DNA from: an uncultured bacterium
Lineage (GTDB): Bacteria > SAR324 > NAC60-12
NCBI GenBank assembly: GCA_965662235.1
Contig: CBFIGY010000003.1
Span: 128,001-192,000, forward strand
Length of the DNA: 64,000 bases
Direction of reading: 5' to 3'
Below the pieces are notes generated by a model, which was not told the DNA's origin, did not search any database, and saw only the letters and a program-made list of their open reading frames with translations. Each line of letters opens with the position of its first letter. Within the stretch, counting starts at the first letter, position 1. Of this stretch, positions 9,973-19,190 are shown in pieces. A program made the translations under genes and the position numbers.

Positions 9973-10353
9973 GGCATCAAGCCCCTGCTCCTCGAACACC
10001 TTGCGGGCAGAACGGAAGCACTCCACCGCTTGCGGCACTCCGCAGTAGATGCCCACCACATGAATGACGGCGCGGATTTCCTCTAGGGTGACGCCGTTGG
10101 TGAGAGCGCCACGGCAGTGGGTTTCCCACTCCGTCATCTTTCCCAGCGCGGCCAGCATCGCCAAGTTGATCAGGGACCGTGTCTTCAGAGGAAGCGTTTC
10201 ATCGCCCCACCCGAATCCCCAGCACCACGCGGTCATGGCTTCCTGAAACGGCCGAGAAAAGTCATCGGCTGCCGCAAGGTTGCGCTCCACGTACTCCGCG
10301 CCAAGGGTCCGTTTGCGCTGCTCCAGTCCTTTTTCAAAAAGAGACTCGTCCAT
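9949..10353 (-). CDS. Carboxymuconolactone decarboxylase (AhpD-like) family protein
   Basis: GLEQRKRTLGAEYV, KTRSLINLAML, GALTNGVT and IYCGVP motifs. Confidence 0.9.
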   Translation of the reverse strand: MDESLFEKGLEQRKRTLGAEYVERNLAAADDFSRPFQEAMTAWCWGFGWGDETLPLKTRSLINLAMLAALGKMTEWETHCRGALTNGVTLEEIRAVIHVVGIYCGVPQAVECFRSARKVFEEQGLDASVLQEHP

Positions 10354-10383
10354 TTTCCTCCTGATTGATTCAGTGTTTCAGCG

Positions 10384-11580
10384 TCAGCGGTCCGTCCGCT
10401 GCAGCAGCAGTCCCTTCAAGTAGAGCCCTTCCGGAAACGCTAGGGACGCGGCATGATCGGGTGCGGCACTCAGTTCCTGAACCATCCGGACCGTTGCTCC
10501 AGCGTCCTGTGCGGCGCCAGCGACAATCTTCCGGAAGAGCTCAGGCCCCACGGCTCCGGAACACGAAAAGGTGAGCAGCTTCCCGCCGGGGCTCAGCAGC
10601 TTCAACGCCAGCAGGTTGGCATCCTTGTAAGCCCGGGACGCGCGCTCCACGTGCCGGTGTGTTGGAGCAAACTTAGGCGGATCTAGGATGATGGTGTCAA
10701 ACTGCTGCCCCCGGTCCCGGAGCTCACGGAACAGGCTGAACACGTCTGCTTCAGCAAAGGTAACGGAGCGCGCTGAAAATCCATTGGCCTCAACGTTCTG
10801 GCGGGCCAGCTCTAGGGCCGGTCCTGAAGAATCAATCGCCATCACCGAAGACGCTTCACCCGCCAGGGCGGCACAGGTGAAGCCTCCGCTGAAGCAGAAG
10901 GCGTCGAGCACCCGTTCCCCGGCAACCAGCGTCTTCAGCAGGGCCCGGTTGTCACGCTGATCCAGGTAAAAGCCCGTTTTCTGCCCCTCACGCACATCCA
11001 CCCGGTAGCGCAAGCCGTGCTCCTCCACCCACAACTCCGGAGGAAGTGTGCCCTGCAGGGTCTCAGCGACCGGCAGGAGTCCTTCGAGCTTGCGGACCTC
11101 GGAGTCGGACCGTTCCTGCACCACCGAGGCTCCGGTCAGTTCCATCAGCAGCTTCACCAGAGTCTCGCGCCAAAACTCCGGACCCGTGCTCAGCAGCTGC
11201 AGTACCAGCACCCCGTCATACTGATCCACTACCAGCCCCGGTAGGCCATCGGCTTCCCCATGAATCAGGCGCATCGCAGTGGTCGCCTCGGTATTGACCC
11301 AGTGGTGCCGAAAGTCCAGGGCCTGCTGCAGGCGGCCTCGGAACCAGCCTTCGTCAATGACGTCCGCCTCCTGCCAGCTCCACACCCGTGCCCGAATGCG
11401 GGACTCCGGGCTCCACGCGGCCCAGGCCAGAAAACGCCCTCGGTGGTCTTCCAGCCGAACCGTTTCCCCCGGACGTGGGTCGCCGTGAACCGAACGGACC
11501 GCTTGGGCAAACAGCCAGGGGTGGTGACGTTGGAGCGCCTTCTCGCGCTCAGGAGCCAGTGTGACTCGAATCTCTCTCAT
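10384..11580 (-). CDS. rlmI: 23S rRNA m5C1962 methyltransferase (RlmI family)
   Basis: PUA HHPWLF, GEADGLPGLVVD, GQKTGFYLDQRDNR, IILDPPKF, TFSCSG and FPEGLYLKG motifs. Confidence 0.9.
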   Translation of the reverse strand: MREIRVTLAPEREKALQRHHPWLFAQAVRSVHGDPRPGETVRLEDHRGRFLAWAAWSPESRIRARVWSWQEADVIDEGWFRGRLQQALDFRHHWVNTEATTAMRLIHGEADGLPGLVVDQYDGVLVLQLLSTGPEFWRETLVKLLMELTGASVVQERSDSEVRKLEGLLPVAETLQGTLPPELWVEEHGLRYRVDVREGQKTGFYLDQRDNRALLKTLVAGERVLDAFCFSGGFTCAALAGEASSVMAIDSSGPALELARQNVEANGFSARSVTFAEADVFSLFRELRDRGQQFDTIILDPPKFAPTHRHVERASRAYKDANLLALKLLSPGGKLLTFSCSGAVGPELFRKIVAGAAQDAGATVRMVQELSAAPDHAASLAFPEGLYLKGLLLQRTDR

Positions 11581-11960
11581 GAATCCTCTGCATCCGAAGC
11601 CTCCCAGGCCACTTCGGCTTCAACGTAATCAAGAACGCCTGGAATGGGCACCGAGGGTTTGCGAACTCGCACCCGCACCGCTCGGACCAACGCTCGCTGA
11701 CGGATCGCCTCCACAAGACGGTCCGCCAGGGTTTCAATCAGGTCAAACGCTTCCTGCCCCACCAGCTGCTCCGCCAGCTCGTGCAGGTCAACGTATGACA
11801 CCGTGGCCTTCAAATCATCCACCCACGGCTCCGGAGGCTGCGCCAGGGTGTACTCTAGGTCCACCTCAAACCGCTGCCCTAGGCGCTTTTCCTCCGGAAG
11901 CACTCCATGATAGCCATAAACGATGAGGTTGTGGACACGAACCGTGTAGGTCTTCGGCAT
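11577..11960 (-). CDS. folB: Dihydroneopterin aldolase
   Basis: GYHGVLPEEKRLGQRFEVD, TVSY, LIETLA and VRKP motifs. Confidence 0.93.
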   Translation of the reverse strand: MPKTYTVRVHNLIVYGYHGVLPEEKRLGQRFEVDLEYTLAQPPEPWVDDLKATVSYVDLHELAEQLVGQEAFDLIETLADRLVEAIRQRALVRAVRVRVRKPSVPIPGVLDYVEAEVAWEASDAEDS

Positions 11961-12081
11961 GGGGCACGAAATCCATGGTTGAGAAGCCGGAGCTTCTGTT
12001 GGAAAGCAGTTGCGCTCTTACAAGTCTCAGACTTGCTTTCAGGGATCAAGAGAATTCGCGGGACCGCGCTGCTTCTGCAGT

Positions 12082-12128
12082 AAATCGCAATATGCGGATT
12101 TGACGATTTACTCACTTGCTGATAAGGT
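12082..12128 (+). promoter_or_regulatory. Putative sigma70 promoter of metK with an overlapping palindromic operator
   Basis: -35 TTGACG at 12100-12105, 17-bp spacer, extended -10 TGnTAAGGT at 12120-12128. Imperfect palindrome AAATCGCAATATGCGGATTT at 12082-12101. Confidence 0.55.
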
Positions 12129-12206
12129 CGTGGGTTCCTGAAGATCCATCGAGTGATGGCGCGCGGCGTCCGTCATTGCTCCCAACTCCTTTCTGAGAAG
12201 AACGCC

Positions 12207-13367
12207 ATGGCAGCAGAGACCTTGTTTACTTCCGAATCGGTGTCCGAAGGGCATCCTGATAAAGTTTCCGACCAAGTTTCCGACGCGGTACTGGATGCCA
12301 TCCTGACGCAAGACCCCAAGGCCCGTGTGGCGTGTGAGACGCTGGTGAAGACGGGCATGGTGCTCCTCGCTGGCGAGGTTACCACCTCCGCGTGGGTGGA
12401 CATGGAGGAGCTGGTCCGCAAGGTGGTCTGTGACATCGGCTACAACAGTGACGCGCTGGGCTTTGACGGCAACACCTGCGCCGTGCTCAATGCCATTGGA
12501 AAGCAGTCTCCGGACATTGCCATGGGCGTAGATGAGAGCGACGAGCACGAGCAGGGCGCTGGTGACCAGGGCATGATGTTTGGGTATGCGACCAACGAAA
12601 CAGACGTGTTCATGCCGGCGGCCATCACCTATTCACACCGTTTGGTAGAGCGTCAGGCTGCCAAGCGCAAGGACGGCACCCTGCCGTGGCTGCGTCCGGA
12701 TGCCAAGAGCCAGGTCACGCTCCGCTACCAAGAAGGTGCCATCGTTGGCATTGACGCCGTGGTGCTTTCCACCCAACACGACCCGTCGGTTTCCCGCAAG
12801 GACTTGGAAGAGGGCGTGATGGAAGAGGTCATCAAACCGACTCTGCCTCAGGAGTGGCTGAGCGCGTCCACCAAGTACCACATCAACCCCACGGGCAACT
12901 TTGTCATTGGTGGCCCTGTCGGGGACTGTGGGCTCACCGGCCGGAAGATCATCGTTGACACCTACGGGGGCATGGGTCGGCACGGCGGAGGCGCCTTCTC
13001 CGGAAAGGATCCGTCTAAGGTGGACCGCTCTGCAGCCTATGCCGCACGGTACGTTGCTAAAAATATTGTTGCCGCAGGGCTTGCATCCCGCTGTGAAGTT
13101 CAGGTAGCTTATGCGATCGGCGTGGCCGAGCCGGTCTCGGTCAACGTCGATACCTTTGGCACCAACGTCATTCCGGAAGACCGGATTGTCCAATTGGTCC
13201 GTGACACCTTCGAACTGAAGCCTGCCGGGATCATCCGCACCCTGAACCTGCTGCGTCCCATCTATCAAGCCACAGCGGCCTATGGTCACTTTGGCCGGGA
13301 GTTGCCCCAGTTTACTTGGGAGCAGACAGACAAGGCGGAGGCCCTGCGTCAGCAGGCTGGACTCTGA
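12207..13367 (+). CDS. metK: S-adenosylmethionine synthetase
   Basis: [19 protein letters not shown] and [16 protein letters not shown] signatures. Start placed at MAAETLF. Confidence 0.98.
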   Translation: MAAETLFTSESVSEGHPDKVSDQVSDAVLDAILTQDPKARVACETLVKTGMVLLAGEVTTSAWVDMEELVRKVVCDIGYNSDALGFDGNTCAVLNAIGKQSPDIAMGVDESDEHEQGAGDQGMMFGYATNETDVFMPAAITYSHRLVERQAAKRKDGTLPWLRPDAKSQVTLRYQEGAIVGIDAVVLSTQHDPSVSRKDLEEGVMEEVIKPTLPQEWLSASTKYHINPTGNFVIGGPVGDCGLTGRKIIVDTYGGMGRHGGGAFSGKDPSKVDRSAAYAARYVAKNIVAAGLASRCEVQVAYAIGVAEPVSVNVDTFGTNVIPEDRIVQLVRDTFELKPAGIIRTLNLLRPIYQATAAYGHFGRELPQFTWEQTDKAEALRQQAGL

Positions 13368-13371
13368 CCGC

Positions 13372-13641
13372 ATGAAGTCTCAGGACACCACCATCGTCAA
13401 CCGCCTTGGCCTGCACGCCCGTGCTGCTGCTGAGGTGGTGAAGCTGGCCAACCGCTTTCACGCCCAGGTGCACCTGCACGGAAACGGTCTGAAGGCGGAT
13501 GCCAAGACCATCATGGAGCTGCTCATGCTGGGCGCTCCCCAAGGCACCAAGGTCCAGGTCACCGCTGAGGGGCCGGACGAAGACGAAGCCCTAGACGCGA
13601 TGGTGGGCCTGATTGAGAACCGCTTCAACGAGCTCGAATGA
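13372..13641 (+). CDS. ptsH: HPr/NPr phosphocarrier protein
   Basis: NRLGLHARAAA containing His15; ADAKTIM at the Ser46-equivalent site. Confidence 0.9.
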   Translation: MKSQDTTIVNRLGLHARAAAEVVKLANRFHAQVHLHGNGLKADAKTIMELLMLGAPQGTKVQVTAEGPDEDEALDAMVGLIENRFNELE

Positions 13642-14486
13642 CCCTCCCGATCAACGGGAGCACCCGGGTTTACGCTGTCCTGGGGCACCCCGTGGAGCAC
13701 TCCCTTTCTCCGGCCATGCACAATGCCGCCTTCCAGGAGCTGGGCCTGAACGCGGTCTATGTGGCCTTGCCGTCACCTCCGGAACAGATTGCAGAAGCCG
13801 TAAATGGCCTCCGCGCCCTCAACCTCGCCGGGGTCAATGTCACGGTTCCGCACAAAAGCGCGGTGCTGCCCTTTCTGGATGAAGTCACTCCCATTGCCCA
13901 GAAGATCGGTGCGGTCAACACCATCCGGAACCGCAAGGGCCACCTGGTGGGCACCAACACCGACGCCAGTGGATTCTTGCGCTCGCTGGAACCCCTGAAC
14001 TTCGAACCCGCAGGTCAGTCCATTGCCCTCATCGGAGCAGGCGGTTCAGCCCGCGGACTGGTCGTTGGGCTTGCGGATGCCGGCGCCGCCTCCTTGACTC
14101 TCTGGAACCGGACTCCGGAACGGGCACAGGCCCTAGTGAACGAGTTCACGCCCATCTTTCCGCAAACACGCCTGCAGGCCGTCACGCAGGAAGAGCTGTA
14201 CGCCGGCGCCTTTGACCTGGTCATCAACACCACCACGGTGGGCATGTCGTCTCCCGGAGCTCCGGTCGACCTGGCTGCTTTTCAGGAGGTCCGGCATGTT
14301 GCAGACATCATCTACCGACCGGCGCACACGCCTCTGTTGCAGCAAGCGGAGCAGCTCCGGATTCCGGCCATCAACGGGTTGGGCATGCTGCTGCATCAAG
14401 GATGTGACGCCTTTACCTTCTGGACCGGACAGCCTGCGCCCGTTGGGGTCATGCGCAACGCGTTGCTGGCCGGCCTAAACCAGTAG
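13638..14486 (+). CDS. aroE: Shikimate dehydrogenase
   Basis: GHPVEHSLSPAMHN, NVTVPHK, GAVNT, NTD, GAGGSAR and GLGMLLHQG motifs. Confidence 0.96.
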   Translation: MTLPINGSTRVYAVLGHPVEHSLSPAMHNAAFQELGLNAVYVALPSPPEQIAEAVNGLRALNLAGVNVTVPHKSAVLPFLDEVTPIAQKIGAVNTIRNRKGHLVGTNTDASGFLRSLEPLNFEPAGQSIALIGAGGSARGLVVGLADAGAASLTLWNRTPERAQALVNEFTPIFPQTRLQAVTQEELYAGAFDLVINTTTVGMSSPGAPVDLAAFQEVRHVADIIYRPAHTPLLQQAEQLRIPAINGLGMLLHQGCDAFTFWTGQPAPVGVMRNALLAGLNQ

Positions 14487-14516
14487 TTCCGCCCTCACCT
14501 TCACCTCACCCCTCCC

Positions 14517-15161
14517 ATGGGCTTTTCTCAGTGGGGACAGGTGGCCTTGGTCTGCCTGCTCGGCGCCATGTCACCGGGTCCCAGCCTTGCCGTGGTGCTC
14601 CGCAACACGGTCGCAGGGGGCCGCCTTCAGGGCCTCCTGACCGGCATCGGTCACGGGCTCGGCATGCTCTTTTATGCGCTGGTCGCTGTCGCCGGTCTGG
14701 TGACGCTGTTTCAAACAATCCCTCACTTCTTTGAAGTCGCTCAGTGGCTGGGGGCCACGTTCCTGACCTGGCTCGGGGTGCAGATGATCCGAGGCGGCTG
14801 GCAGGAGCTGCACGCCCCCTCTCCTGTTTCGCTCGAAGCAGCGGCTCCCCCTTCCGGACGCCGTGGTTTTGCCGAAGGCTTCCTGATTGCCTTCCTCAAT
14901 CCCAAAATTGCAGCATGGCTGCTGGCGCTTTTTAGTCAGTTTGTCCACCCCGAAGCATCTTGGAGCGAGCAGGCTGTGCTGGTGACCACCGTGGGCGGCA
15001 TTGACATGAGCTGGTACAGCTTTGTCGTCATCGTCGCCTCTTCAGGCAACTGGATGGAGCGGCTCCGCAGAAACAAGCCCCAGCTAGACCTTGGCATGGG
15101 CGCCCTCTTGCTGCTGCTCGCCTTCAGCATGGTCGCCCGGACTCTCTGGGGCGAAGCCTGA
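14517..15161 (+). CDS. LysE/RhtB family amino acid exporter
   Basis: SPGPSLAVV and FLNPKIA motifs; about 6 transmembrane helices. Confidence 0.9.
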   Translation: MGFSQWGQVALVCLLGAMSPGPSLAVVLRNTVAGGRLQGLLTGIGHGLGMLFYALVAVAGLVTLFQTIPHFFEVAQWLGATFLTWLGVQMIRGGWQELHAPSPVSLEAAAPPSGRRGFAEGFLIAFLNPKIAAWLLALFSQFVHPEASWSEQAVLVTTVGGIDMSWYSFVVIVASSGNWMERLRRNKPQLDLGMGALLLLLAFSMVARTLWGEA

Positions 15162-15239
15162 CACCACGGCCGGCCCCGTTTTCCACAATGAAGAAAGGGC
15201 GCTCCGGAGTGCTCTGAGGAGGGAACTCGGCGCCGAAGG

Positions 15240-15923
15240 CTACCGAGTCAAGCGGGGAAAGCAGGACCGCATCCGCTGCACACGATCCGGATGAGGCGTG
15301 CCGTCTGGCTGCATGGCACTGAAGTGCAGTTCCGACACACCGGTCGCTGCTACCAGCGCGGGGGCCTGGTCCGGACGAACACTTCCTGCCGCCAAGACGG
15401 TCGGTCCGGGACCGCTTTGGAGGGCCGCCAGCTGAGCCCGTCCGTCCCACGCCTGAGGCGCTCCGCCAGACGTCAGGACCCGAGTCACCGCAGGGAAACG
15501 GCAGAGTTGATCCCACGCCTCCGGAAGGTTCCGAGCCTCATCAAAAGCCCGGTGAAAGGTCACCGGAGCCGCATACGCCGCGGCTCGTTCCAGCCAGATC
15601 GCCAAGGCCGCTTCATCCACGGTTCCCTCCGACGTCAACGCTCCCAGCACCACCCCGGCCGCTCCAGAGTCAAGCGCCTGATGGACCTGCTCCGCCATCT
15701 GTTTCACCTCTGCGTCCGTGTAGCAGAAGCTCCCGGCGCGGCAGCGGATCAACACCATAACCGGTAACGAAAGGTGCACCACCTGTTCGATCAATTTCCG
15801 CTCCGGTGTGACTCCTCCTACAGAAAGATCGGCACAGAGTTCCAACCGATCCGCCCCCTGCACAACGGCATGCTGTGCCGCCTCAAGCGAGGTGACACAG
15901 GCTTCCAGGCAAAGCGACGTCAC
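15240..15923 (-). CDS. cutC: CutC family TIM-barrel ('copper homeostasis') protein; not choline TMA-lyase
   Basis: LEACV, GADRLELCADLSVGGVTP, TFHRAFD and RVLTSGG motifs. GTG start overlaps the upstream stop (GTGA). Confidence 0.88.
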   Translation of the reverse strand: MTSLCLEACVTSLEAAQHAVVQGADRLELCADLSVGGVTPERKLIEQVVHLSLPVMVLIRCRAGSFCYTDAEVKQMAEQVHQALDSGAAGVVLGALTSEGTVDEAALAIWLERAAAYAAPVTFHRAFDEARNLPEAWDQLCRFPAVTRVLTSGGAPQAWDGRAQLAALQSGPGPTVLAAGSVRPDQAPALVAATGVSELHFSAMQPDGTPHPDRVQRMRSCFPRLTR

Positions 15924-17221
15924 GCCAGAAACGTCCGGACGGCCGACACCACGTTCCACTGTTCATCAACCACATGGAGCAGACGCCAGCGGTCAAAGGT
16001 GGTACACGGATGCGAAATGCCCATGCCCACCAAGTCCCCCACCTTCCATCCGGCCTCTGGAGGAAGCTTCAGGTAGGCATGCTGGTCGTTGAGCGCGGTC
16101 ACCTGATAATGCTCAGGAGCGAGCGCCTGCGGGCAGGTATGACTTCCGGGCTGAAAGTGCAACTCGGGCACGGGCAGGTGGATGTCATAAGACAGGTCGC
16201 GCTTTCCGGCAGTCACCAGCGCCAGACCTGGTTCCGGAAGAGACTGCACCACGCCCCAGACCTGGAGGGCAGGTTCCAGCCCCTTCCCCCACTGCTTGAG
16301 GTCAGGAGACCGCTCGCAGATCTGTTCAAAGAGGTGCCGGTAAAATTCCGAGTCATGGGTTAGGTAGCAGCCGCTCCGCAGAATCCGCACCACCTCCGTG
16401 GCCCCTTCCGGAGCCGAAAGGGACTGCGCCACCAGGTCGTAGTAGTCCGAACCTCCGGCGCTCAAGATCACCGGACCGGGTGCAAACCAGCCTCGTTCCC
16501 AACACGTCTGGGCCAAGCGGTTGAGGGTCTCCATGAATTGCGGAATCGTCACAGCCGAATTCGGACCCCGCAGAACCGCCTCATACGCCTCCAGCCCCCG
16601 GAGCGCCAGGGCGGGAACGTTCTGAAGGTATTCTGCCAACGCCAGCACCTCCTCTTCAGTGCGGCACCCCGTCCGGGCGCCCGGCACCCCGAGTTCCACC
16701 AGCACCCCCAGCCGGAGGCCGTTTCGTGGCTCCGGTGCAGCGGCTGCCAGCTGCTCAACGTTGGCCACTGAGTCCACCAGGCACACGACTTCTAGGTGAG
16801 GAAAGGCCTGAAGCGTGTCCCACAAGCCCGCTCGCTCCTGAGGCCCGACCACCTGGTTTGCAATCAACACCCGCGGAACCCCCCACTGCGCACACAGCCG
16901 CAGCTGGTGAACGTTGGCCACGGTGATTCCCCAGGCGCCATCTTGAAGCTGCAGGTCAAACAGCTGTGGAGCCATGGTGGTCTTGCCGTGCGGAGCCAGC
17001 TTCACCCCAAAGGCCTCAGTAAAGCGACGCATCCATGCGCTGTTGCTCCGGAGGGCGGAGTCCTTCAAGACCGCCACCGGAAAAGGTAGGTCCCCCTGCA
17101 GGAGGTTCCAGCCTTGGGTGCCCAGCGCCTCCAGCGGAAGCGGTGACTGCGTGTAGGGGAAGCCCTTGCAAGATGCATCGACAGGGGCCTGAAGGACTGT
17201 TTCAAGAGAGAGAGGCATCAC
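15920..17221 (-). CDS. PLP-dependent D-amino acid deaminase/dehydratase (DSD1, alanine-racemase fold)
   Basis: LAPHGKTTM (PLP lysine), RSGCYLTHD, GKRD, LNDQHAY and SHPCTTFD motifs. Confidence 0.88.
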   Translation of the reverse strand: MMPLSLETVLQAPVDASCKGFPYTQSPLPLEALGTQGWNLLQGDLPFPVAVLKDSALRSNSAWMRRFTEAFGVKLAPHGKTTMAPQLFDLQLQDGAWGITVANVHQLRLCAQWGVPRVLIANQVVGPQERAGLWDTLQAFPHLEVVCLVDSVANVEQLAAAAPEPRNGLRLGVLVELGVPGARTGCRTEEEVLALAEYLQNVPALALRGLEAYEAVLRGPNSAVTIPQFMETLNRLAQTCWERGWFAPGPVILSAGGSDYYDLVAQSLSAPEGATEVVRILRSGCYLTHDSEFYRHLFEQICERSPDLKQWGKGLEPALQVWGVVQSLPEPGLALVTAGKRDLSYDIHLPVPELHFQPGSHTCPQALAPEHYQVTALNDQHAYLKLPPEAGWKVGDLVGMGISHPCTTFDRWRLLHVVDEQWNVVSAVRTFLA

Positions 17222-17232
17222 GTTTAGAAGGC

Positions 17233-18009
17233 TTAGGTGTGAGTCAGGTCCTGGATCATCCGGAAGCTGCCAGCGGTCAAACCGCCGTCCACTGCCAGCA
17301 CGGCTCCGGTAACAAAGCTGGCGTCATCCGAGGCCAGGAAAGCAATTGCGGCAGCCACCTCCTCCGGCTGCCCAATCCGTCCGAGCGGATACCAGGCACG
17401 GAGCTTTTCAAAGTGCTCCGGATGCACCTCGTAACGGTAGTGATGCACCGGTGTTTGAATGGTTCCAGGCAGCACGGCATTGCAGCGCAGGCCCTGCACG
17501 CCATAGCGGGTGGCGACGTTTTGGGTCAGGGAAATCAACCCTGCTTTGGCCGCACTGTAGGCCGGATTTCCCAGCCCGACCACGGCGTTCACTGAAGAAA
17601 CATTGACAATCGCCCCTCCGGCTTCCAGAGCCGTCACCGCCCGGTGAATCAGGTCAAACTGCGCGTTGAGGTTCAGGTCCACGTCCTCCCGCCACCGCTC
17701 GGAAGTCAGGTCTTCAAAGACATCATAGCGGGAACCACCAGCGTTGTTGACCAACCCCTCCAGGCCCCCAAGATGCTCCAGGGTTTGCTCCCAGGCGGCT
17801 TCCTGACTGGAGGCCTCACGCAGGTCCATCTGAATGAAGCGAACGGGCCCGTGGGTTTTCAGCTCCTGTTCTGTTTTCTCACCGGTAACGTTATTTGCAT
17901 CCCAGAACACCACCTGCGCCCCTTCTTGAAGAAGACGGAGGCAGGTCGCTTTTCCAATTCCGGAAGCGCCTCCGGTGACGATAATTCGCTTATTAACGAA
18001 ACGCGACAT
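17233..18009 (-). CDS. Short-chain dehydrogenase/reductase
   Basis: TGGASGIG, NNAG, YSAAK and VDGG motifs. Start placed at MSRFVNK (TGATG coupling). Confidence 0.92.
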   Translation of the reverse strand: MSRFVNKRIIVTGGASGIGKATCLRLLQEGAQVVFWDANNVTGEKTEQELKTHGPVRFIQMDLREASSQEAAWEQTLEHLGGLEGLVNNAGGSRYDVFEDLTSERWREDVDLNLNAQFDLIHRAVTALEAGGAIVNVSSVNAVVGLGNPAYSAAKAGLISLTQNVATRYGVQGLRCNAVLPGTIQTPVHHYRYEVHPEHFEKLRAWYPLGRIGQPEEVAAAIAFLASDDASFVTGAVLAVDGGLTAGSFRMIQDLTHT

Positions 18010-19190
18010 CAGGCCTCCGCATCCAAAAGGGCAAAAGCGGCTCGCACCCACTCCAGTTGCGGCTCGCGCAGAAACCCATAGTTGTAGAAGGCAATTCCTT
18101 CCGGATTCAGAGCCTGCAGTCCTGCGACAGCCTGCAGAACGTCCTCCCGACTCAGCAGGTCCGGATGCGCGGGGCGAAGCACAAACCGCAGCGACGCTTC
18201 CGGACCCAGGCGAGCCCGGACGTCTTCGGCGTCTTGCAGCACCTCCGTTGGCCCAGACTGATAGGTGCAGGAGTCGAGGCCATCCGTGTAAGCCCGGACG
18301 CCCAGAAGGTCGGTGCCTTCATACCAGCACCCTGCTGTTGGACGCTGCACCGTGGGGATCACCCGCAACGCAACCTCCTTGGGGAGCTCACTCCGGAGCC
18401 GCTGCAGCAGCTCATTCACCACCCGGCATCGCATCTTCAGAAACGCCTGTAGCTCCGGATGCGTCAGAACGTCCGCCAGCAGCCAGTGCTGTGCTAGTGC
18501 AGAGTCAGGGACAATGGGATTCTTGAAAAACCGCTCCAGTTCCTGCTGCACCCAGCGCTGCAACGCGTCCACGTCAATGCCGTCTCGCCGCGCCTCTGCC
18601 CGAGAGGCCTCGGAGAAACAGAGGCCCAGCAGAAACTCCGTCCGAGGATCCATTGAGGTGAGGGCAAACTCATGGTGGTACCCATGAGCAAACGGAAGCC
18701 ACCCCGGTGTTTCCAGAGTCACACACGAGACTGCTTCATGCCGGGCCAGGTCCTGACAGAGGTGGAGGGCGTACTCCTGCACCTCCGGGTGCGCCGGACA
18801 GAGGCTGTAGCAGTAGGGATCGCCCCAGGCGTTCCGGGCACAGAGTTCCGGAAAAGCCTGTCCAAGACGCGAGTTATGAAACAGCACCGTCCAGGCCTCC
18901 AGACGCAGCGTCGTCGAGTTCCAGTTCTGAAACAGGTTCAGCTGCGGAACCTGTGAATTCTGGAGCGGCTGCAGGGTTCCGTAGCGAGCCAACTCTGGCT
19001 CAAAGTAAACCGTCCCGTCTTCTGGGAAGTACACCTTGCTGCGTGAGGCACGTGGTCGGAGGAACTTTCCGGCATGGTAGCTTGCGGCCACGGCCACCGA
19101 GGTCGCCCCCAGGGATTCCAGATGCGCCTGTGTTGATTCCGGTCCCTCTTCCTGGAAGTCCCAGGCGTAAGCAAACAGCGTCTTTTCCAT
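18009..19190 (-). CDS. Conserved hypothetical protein, glycoside-hydrolase-like TIM barrel
   Basis: YAWD, AASYHAGKFLRP, WTVLFHN, LCPAHPEV, HGYHHE and FYNYG motifs. Start placed at MEKTLF (TGATG coupling). Confidence 0.6.
   Translation of the reverse strand: MEKTLFAYAWDFQEEGPESTQAHLESLGATSVAVAASYHAGKFLRPRASRSKVYFPEDGTVYFEPELARYGTLQPLQNSQVPQLNLFQNWNSTTLRLEAWTVLFHNSRLGQAFPELCARNAWGDPYCYSLCPAHPEVQEYALHLCQDLARHEAVSCVTLETPGWLPFAHGYHHEFALTSMDPRTEFLLGLCFSEASRAEARRDGIDVDALQRWVQQELERFFKNPIVPDSALAQHWLLADVLTHPELQAFLKMRCRVVNELLQRLRSELPKEVALRVIPTVQRPTAGCWYEGTDLLGVRAYTDGLDSCTYQSGPTEVLQDAEDVRARLGPEASLRFVLRPAHPDLLSREDVLQAVAGLQALNPEGIAFYNYGFLREPQLEWVRAAFALLDAEA

Noticed and set aside
12095..12206. SAM riboswitch upstream of metK
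   Set aside because: I could not match SAM-I, SAM-II or SAM-V cores; the sequence is better explained as promoter plus operator. An Infernal scan would settle it.
15240..15923. CutC as choline TMA-lyase
   Set aside because: Name collision only; this is the small TIM-barrel CutC, not a glycyl-radical enzyme.
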